Shown piece after piece: positions 27,051-32,000 of a stretch of 32,000 nucleotides of DNA. Position numbers and translations under genes: made by a program. The first letter of the stretch is position 1; every line of letters starts with the position of its first letter. This DNA comes from Nostoc punctiforme PCC 73102 (GTDB lineage: Bacteria; Cyanobacteriota; Cyanobacteriia; Cyanobacteriales; Nostocaceae): the NCBI RefSeq assembly GCF_000020025.1, contig NC_010628.1, positions 990,001 through 1,022,000 of the forward strand. The letters run 5' to 3'. The notes under the pieces are model-generated. The model searched no databases, was not told the origin of the DNA, and saw only the letters and a list, made by a program, of their open reading frames with translations.

Positions 27051-29750
27051 CTAAATGTTTGCTTGCTGGCGTTGATATAGTGACCAATACAAACCCTTTT
27101 GTTGCAATAACTCTGAGTGAGTCCCACGTTCGGCAATCACGCCTTGTTCTAATACCAAAATCAAATCAGCGCGTTTGAGAGGGGCAAAGCGGTGAGCAAT
27201 CAGAAACACGGTACGGTTAGCGGAAACTTTTTGCAGGTTTTGTAGTACTTGTTGTTCGGTTTCACTATCCAAAGCGCTGGTAGCTTCATCTAAAACTAAA
27301 ATCGGCGCTTGGGAAAGAAATAATCTTGCGAGGGCAATACGTTGTCTTTGTCCGCCAGATAAAGCTGTACCGCGTTCACCCACATTGGTTTCGTAACCGT
27401 AGGGTAATTGACTGATGAAGTCGTGTGCTACTGCTAGTCTTGCCGCCTCTACCACTTGCTCTGCGGTAATGTCGGGAGTACCGAGAGTGATATTTTCCAA
27501 AATGGAACCGTTGAATAAAAAGTCTTCTTGGAGAACTACACTAACTTGTTGCCGCAGTGAGGCTAAATCGGCGCTTTTTATATCAAAACCATCAATAAGA
27601 ATGCGTCCTGATTCAATCTGATAGAGACGTTGCAATAGCTTAGATAGGGTACTTTTCCCAGAACCGCTACGTCCGACAATGCCAACAAATTGCCCTGGTT
27701 CAGCATTGAAAGAGATTCCCCTCAGAATTGCTTCAAAGTTGGGACGGTAGCGGAAAAATACTTGCTCGAAGGTGACTTGTCCTTTCAGTGGTGGTAAAAC
27801 TAGCCCCGTTCCCAGTTCAGCTTCTGGGGAGACGTTGAGAATATCACCAATGCGATCTACAGAAAGTAGCACTTGTTGGAGGGTCTGCCATAACTGTACT
27901 AAGCGCAAAAGTGGGCCCGTGACTCTGCCAGATAGCATTTGAAAGGCAACTAGCTGTCCGATTGTGAGCTTTTGTTCGATGACTAATTTGGCTCCAAACC
28001 AGAGAATCAGCATGGTGGAAAAATTAGTGAGAAAGTCACCAATGTTGCTGCTGATATTGGAGGTGGTAGAGGCTTTAAAACCTGTGCGGATGAAGCGAGC
28101 AAATAAGCCTTCCCAGCGATCGCGGGCTACTGGTTCTGCTGCATGGGCTTTAACGGAATGAATCCCCGTGATTGTCTCTACTAAAAAGGATTGACTATCG
28201 GCACTCCGGTTAAAAGTTTCGTTGAGCCAGTTACGCAGAATTGGTGTTGCAACTATCGTCAAAGTCGCAAATAGCGGCAGTACTGCTAAAGCCACAAAGG
28301 TGAGTGGGACGTTGTAGTAAAACATCAATGCTAGGTACACCACAGCAAAGATGCTATCTAGAATCACAGTTAATGCTGTACCTGTGAGGAACTGACGAAT
28401 TTGTTCGAGTTCCTGGACTCGTGCTACTGTGTCTCCAACGCGCCGCGACTCAAAATAAGCCAAAGGCAGACGCATCAGATGGCGAAATAACTGTGCTGAT
28501 AAACTTAAATCCAGACGACGGGCTGTATGGGTAAAGATGAATAGGCGCAGAATGCCAAGTACGGACTCAAATATGGCTACACAAAGAAGTGCGATCGCCA
28601 TAACATCAAGAGTCGGCAAACTCCCCTGCACCATTACTTTATCAATAACTACTTGCGTAATTAGTGGTGTTGTTAACCCCAAAAGCTGCAAGGTAAAAGA
28701 TGCTAATAATACTTCTGTTAGTAATCCCTTATACTTCCAAACTGCTGGGGTGAACCAACTAAGGTTAAATGTTTCTTGTTTAGATATGAGTTCTACTTGC
28801 CACAATCGTCCATCCCACGATGCCTCAACTATGGACTGTGGTAAGCTTTCACAAATGCGATCGGGATTTAGAGGGTTAGCGATAATTAAGCGATCACCCT
28901 TAACTCCATAAGCTACCACCCAGGATGGACTCTGGGGTGAGTCAGAATTCCACAACAGTAAAGCTGGAAATGACAGTTGTCGCAACTCACCCCAACTCAC
29001 TTGTAACCGCCGCATCACTAACCCTAACTTTTCTCCTGCTTCCACAACCTGTTTTGGGCGTTGTCCTCTGAGTTGACGTTGCACCCATTCCAGCTGCACA
29101 GAGTTTTCTAGCTGTTGCGCCACCATTGTTAAACAAGCAGCAGCAGTGTTCCAGCTAGCAACAAATGGATAATTTGAGATGATTAAATTCGCGGCTGGGA
29201 GTCGTTTTTGGGGTTGGAGGCTGTGAGGGCTGGAAGTCCCATCTGAGACTGTTACTGAAGGATTGGAAGAGAAGGAAAATGTCTCTCTTTCTCCCTCCAT
29301 ATCCACTGGTAAGACTTGCCAAAATTCCTGAATTTGTGGGTTAGAAAATTCTGTCCACAGGGCTGTATCCCAACACACTACTACTACTTCTTTGCTAGCA
29401 GCTACAGCTTTAAAATCCGCAGACAGCTTTTGTAAAGCACCAAACCAATCTCCCACATCTAGGGCTGCCAAAGGTTTGCCAACTCCCTCTTCTCGTAAGC
29501 GAACTTTTCCAGCCACAACTAAGAATTGGTAACGGCCGACATCGTTTGACCAAATTTTTTCTCCCAAACGATACTGACGAGTTTGACACTCATTTTCCAA
29601 TTGGGATTGTTGCTCGGGAGTCAGCCAGCATAGCGGCGGCTGATTCCAAGGCAAAGAAGCTAGCACTTTTAATCGTAAAGATTCATTATCCAGAATTTTT
29701 AACTCACTTGTAGCTTGACTGTCAGTTTTTGAATTTTCTCTGCTAGCCAT
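27051..29750 (-). CDS. ABC exporter with an N-terminal cNMP-binding-like domain, a C39-peptidase-like domain, 6-TM and ATPase modules (type I secretion / HetC-like class)
   Basis: 899 aa. Residues ~20-135 form a cNMP-like beta-roll (YRLGEKIWSNDVGRYQFLVVAGKVRL...GDWFGAL). Residues ~188-322 are C39-like (NTAAACLTMVAQQL...SWVVAYGVKGDRLIIANP). The ABC TM domain follows, then Walker A GRSGSGKST, the signature LSGGQRQR and Walker B ILVLDEATSALD. The annotated ATG overlaps the upstream PPIase gene by 52 nt. An alternative in-frame GTG (codon 29, at 29666) would remove the overlap. Confidence 0.9.
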   Translation of the reverse strand: MASRENSKTDSQATSELKILDNESLRLKVLASLPWNQPPLCWLTPEQQSQLENECQTRQYRLGEKIWSNDVGRYQFLVVAGKVRLREEGVGKPLAALDVGDWFGALQKLSADFKAVAASKEVVVVCWDTALWTEFSNPQIQEFWQVLPVDMEGERETFSFSSNPSVTVSDGTSSPHSLQPQKRLPAANLIISNYPFVASWNTAAACLTMVAQQLENSVQLEWVQRQLRGQRPKQVVEAGEKLGLVMRRLQVSWGELRQLSFPALLLWNSDSPQSPSWVVAYGVKGDRLIIANPLNPDRICESLPQSIVEASWDGRLWQVELISKQETFNLSWFTPAVWKYKGLLTEVLLASFTLQLLGLTTPLITQVVIDKVMVQGSLPTLDVMAIALLCVAIFESVLGILRLFIFTHTARRLDLSLSAQLFRHLMRLPLAYFESRRVGDTVARVQELEQIRQFLTGTALTVILDSIFAVVYLALMFYYNVPLTFVALAVLPLFATLTIVATPILRNWLNETFNRSADSQSFLVETITGIHSVKAHAAEPVARDRWEGLFARFIRTGFKASTTSNISSNIGDFLTNFSTMLILWFGAKLVIEQKLTIGQLVAFQMLSGRVTGPLLRLVQLWQTLQQVLLSVDRIGDILNVSPEAELGTGLVLPPLKGQVTFEQVFFRYRPNFEAILRGISFNAEPGQFVGIVGRSGSGKSTLSKLLQRLYQIESGRILIDGFDIKSADLASLRQQVSVVLQEDFLFNGSILENITLGTPDITAEQVVEAARLAVAHDFISQLPYGYETNVGERGTALSGGQRQRIALARLFLSQAPILVLDEATSALDSETEQQVLQNLQKVSANRTVFLIAHRFAPLKRADLILVLEQGVIAERGTHSELLQQKGLYWSLYQRQQANI

Positions 29751-30481
29751 TTCTCAAATAACTCATTTTGTAGTGCTTGCTTGAGTTGAGTATCTTCTAA
29801 AGACGCTGGCAGAAATTGTTCTACTCGAAACAAACCATAAGGTCCTTCTCCTTGGGGAGAGTCTTTGCCAACGATTTCTATTGGTCCTATTAATTGTCCA
29901 GGACTTGCCACATCAATAGCAGCCCGTAATATATCCGGCATACTTCCTCGGCTGACTATTCCCATCATGCCGTTCACAATTCGGTCATCTGAAAGTGAAT
30001 ACTCTTTAGCTAGTTGCTCAAAACTACCTCCTTCTTCAATTTGGGTTTGTAGTTCGTCTGCCAATTCTCGATTATTAACAACTATCCGAGATAGTACTAT
30101 CCGATCCAAAAAGATTTTGCGTTCAATAAAATATTCTTGGATTTTTGGTTCCGTAACTACAGCTTTCAGCTTTTCTAACTTGTAACCAAAAGTAACTGAT
30201 GTGTGAAATGTGGCGTAATCTGTGTTATTGGTTTTTAACCATTCTTGAAAACTTTGGGGATCAGTTAGTTGATTTTTCAGTCTAAAGTCAATAATGGCCT
30301 GTTCGGTTATCGCTGTACCAATTTCAATATCGTCTCGTGTTCGGATTTCTTCCTCAATTACGTGCTGGCGGAGAATATCTCCAATGAACTGCCCCAATTT
30401 TCCAGAGGCTTGCAGGTACTTTACAGCTTCCTCAATAGAAATTATTTGGTCATTAATTGTCAAAAATGATAAAGATTCCAT
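29699..30481 (-). CDS. parvulin-type peptidyl-prolyl isomerase (PpiC/SurA-like), no signal peptide
   Basis: 260 aa. The rotamase core reads IVLSRIVVNNRELADELQTQIEEGGSFEQLAKEYSLSDDRIVNGMMGIVSRGSMPDILRAAIDVASPGQLIGPIE...GLFRVEQ. The N-terminus MESLSFLTINDQ is not hydrophobic. Confidence 0.8.
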   Translation of the reverse strand: MESLSFLTINDQIISIEEAVKYLQASGKLGQFIGDILRQHVIEEEIRTRDDIEIGTAITEQAIIDFRLKNQLTDPQSFQEWLKTNNTDYATFHTSVTFGYKLEKLKAVVTEPKIQEYFIERKIFLDRIVLSRIVVNNRELADELQTQIEEGGSFEQLAKEYSLSDDRIVNGMMGIVSRGSMPDILRAAIDVASPGQLIGPIEIVGKDSPQGEGPYGLFRVEQFLPASLEDTQLKQALQNELFEKWLAEKIQKLTVKLQVS

Positions 30482-30630
30482 GAATTAATTATGTGAAAAT
30501 GGTAAAACTCTTATAGAACTTTTAAATTAAATCATATAGAGATCATCTGGTCGTTGATAAATAAAAATGATAAAGATTCTATGAACTAATTACATCTAAA
30601 TGGTCAAAAAATTATATAGCTACTCAATAT
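30431..30630. repeat. tandem ~101-bp duplication spanning the PPIase RBS, start codon and first 17 codons
   Basis: AAAAATGATAAAGATTC occurs at 30462 and 30563. The two copies align over about 95 bp at roughly 75-80 percent identity. In the distal copy the start is ATA instead of ATG, and a stop follows after 17 codons. Confidence 0.8.
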
Positions 30631-30881
30631 AATAATTTCCCATGATTCTGTTTACAGTCTAGTGGGGACAAAACAGGATTGAAAATTTCAGACTTAGTGC
30701 AGTAGTAAAGCAGATTGCTTATTTTCTACCACTGGCCCTCATGAGTATTGGGTATTGAGTGCCGTTAGCAGTAGCGGGGCGTTTAGCCCGTGCTTAGTGC
30801 TGAGTTGAGAATCTCACTTCTTTACTCAGAACTCAAAGAAGAGGAACCGTTTTACCCAATGCCCAATTCCCAATACTCGAT

Positions 30882-31733
30882 CTACTTAATGATATTTATC
30901 CATGTCCAGGAAAGTAGCACAGCCGCGATCGCACCGATTAATGTATTAAAAATATTTACTACCTCATTGGTCAGCCAGGTATACTTAGATTGCAACGTTG
31001 CCCCAATCACACTTTCTAAGTTTGTGGCAATAAATGCTGCCAGTACACACCAAGCGACTCCTAATAGATCGATTAAACCAACTCCCCAACCAACAAATGC
31101 GATCGCTACAGAAGCCACGATACCTGCTAAAGTTCCCTCCAAGCTTACAGCTCCTTCTGTACCACGAGGCACTGGTTTGAGTGTGGTAATTAGAAAGGTG
31201 CTTTTACCATACGCTTTACCAACTTCACTTGCGGTAGTGTCAGCCAGTTTGGTACTGAAACTCGCTACATAGCCTAGTAATAATAGGGACTGGAGACTTG
31301 TACTGAGCGCAGCCGGAGTATTGGGAACTAAAGACTTGTACTGAGCAAAGTCGAAGTATTGGGAACTAGGTAAAATAAATCCCGAATTTATTATCCCTAC
31401 TCCCAAGGCACACAGCGCCCCGGTCAAAGCTGAACCCCAGACATTCTCCGGGCCCCTAGCCCCAGAACGCTTTTCGGCAATTCCTTCAGCCTCTTTCTGC
31501 GCCATCCCGATGCGGGTAACACCAGAACCAACCAGAAAATAAAACATTACTACTGTATATCCTTGCCAGCCTAGAGTTACCCAAATTAGGATAGCCAGAA
31601 ACCACGCATGAAATGATCCAGCAGGCGTAAGTAGCTTTTTCGGAGCAATCCAAGCTAAACCCAATAGAATTGTGTTTAATACTACTGCCACCAACCAGGG
31701 ATTAACAGAATCAATTAAGGATGACATCAGCAA
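30882..31733 (-). CDS. DUF92/TIGR00297-family integral membrane protein (VTE6 phytyl-phosphate-kinase-like)
   Basis: 283 aa and polytopic. The motifs VMFYFLVGSGVTRIGMAQKEAEGIAEKRSGARGPENVWGSA and FSTKLADTTASEVGKAYG are typical of the DUF92 family, to which plant VTE6 and Synechocystis Sll0875 belong. Confidence 0.8.
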   Translation of the reverse strand: MLMSSLIDSVNPWLVAVVLNTILLGLAWIAPKKLLTPAGSFHAWFLAILIWVTLGWQGYTVVMFYFLVGSGVTRIGMAQKEAEGIAEKRSGARGPENVWGSALTGALCALGVGIINSGFILPSSQYFDFAQYKSLVPNTPAALSTSLQSLLLLGYVASFSTKLADTTASEVGKAYGKSTFLITTLKPVPRGTEGAVSLEGTLAGIVASVAIAFVGWGVGLIDLLGVAWCVLAAFIATNLESVIGATLQSKYTWLTNEVVNIFNTLIGAIAAVLLSWTWINIIK

Positions 31734-32000
31734 TTAATCATGAGTAATTTTGTCTTAACATGAACAGAATAACGGATTTGTCATGCTTAGTGCTTAGTTC
31801 CTGAAACCTCTCCAGTTAAAGTAATATGTTTGTATTGTTAACTGAATTGCATCCGATCGCTCTTAAAGCTGAGTGTAAAACTACAAACAACGTTTTACAT
31901 ATACACTGCAATATTTATTAAAGGAGGTAGATTAAACAAAATGCAAAAATTTTGTTTAGTTGGGTAGACTCTTCTAGTAACTTATCCAAAGCACTTTATT

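Noticed and set aside
26897-27136. 79-aa minus-strand ORF overlapping the 3' end of the ABC exporter and its terminator
   Set aside because: It is out of frame with the Walker/ABC C-terminus it overlaps, it runs through the terminator hairpin, and it has no motifs.
29699-29750. 52-nt overlap between the PPIase and ABC exporter ORFs as evidence of a programmed frameshift or fusion
   Set aside because: The overlap is more simply explained by translational coupling, or by a downstream alternative start (in-frame GTG at 29666). No slippery heptamer was noticed.

Overview
This window looks like a chromosomal segment of a filamentous, Nostoc/Anabaena-like cyanobacterium. The HIP1 octamer GCGATCGC recurs (for example 616-623 and 1853-1860), intergenic heptamer palindromes of the STRR type are present, and the gene content is cyanobacterial. 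No rRNA, tRNA or CRISPR array was seen.

Positions 1-11.3 kb are ordinary housekeeping. They hold dapA-asd, tig-clpP-clpX, an alpha/beta hydrolase, a truncated FAD-monooxygenase remnant, a PlmA-like GntR regulator, a dienelactone hydrolase and an S1-domain protein.

Positions 11.4-13.5 kb form a repeat-rich pocket. It contains a single-gene TIR-GUN4 fusion, a MITE-like palindromic element and a 3 x 63 bp tandem repeat.

Positions 14.5-30.5 kb form an accessory-looking export locus. An HlyD-type membrane fusion protein (+ strand) converges on a minus-strand series: a parvulin PPIase, then an ABC exporter, then two paralogous S8 subtilases.
- The exporter's N-terminal cNMP-like and C39-like modules appear catalytically degenerate.
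- Neither subtilase has a signal peptide.
- One subtilase carries six CARDB repeats. The other carries near-perfect 28-aa C-terminal repeats.
- Both subtilases look circularly permuted.

An apparently intact 4.8-kb Tn3-family transposon lies between the two subtilase genes. It has 49-bp perfect terminal inverted repeats and a TAATT target duplication. It encodes TnpA, a tyrosine recombinase and an XRE/zinc-ribbon gene.

The window ends with a DUF92 (VTE6-like) membrane protein. All calls rest on reading the sequence, the supplied translations and remembered family motifs; no database search was possible.
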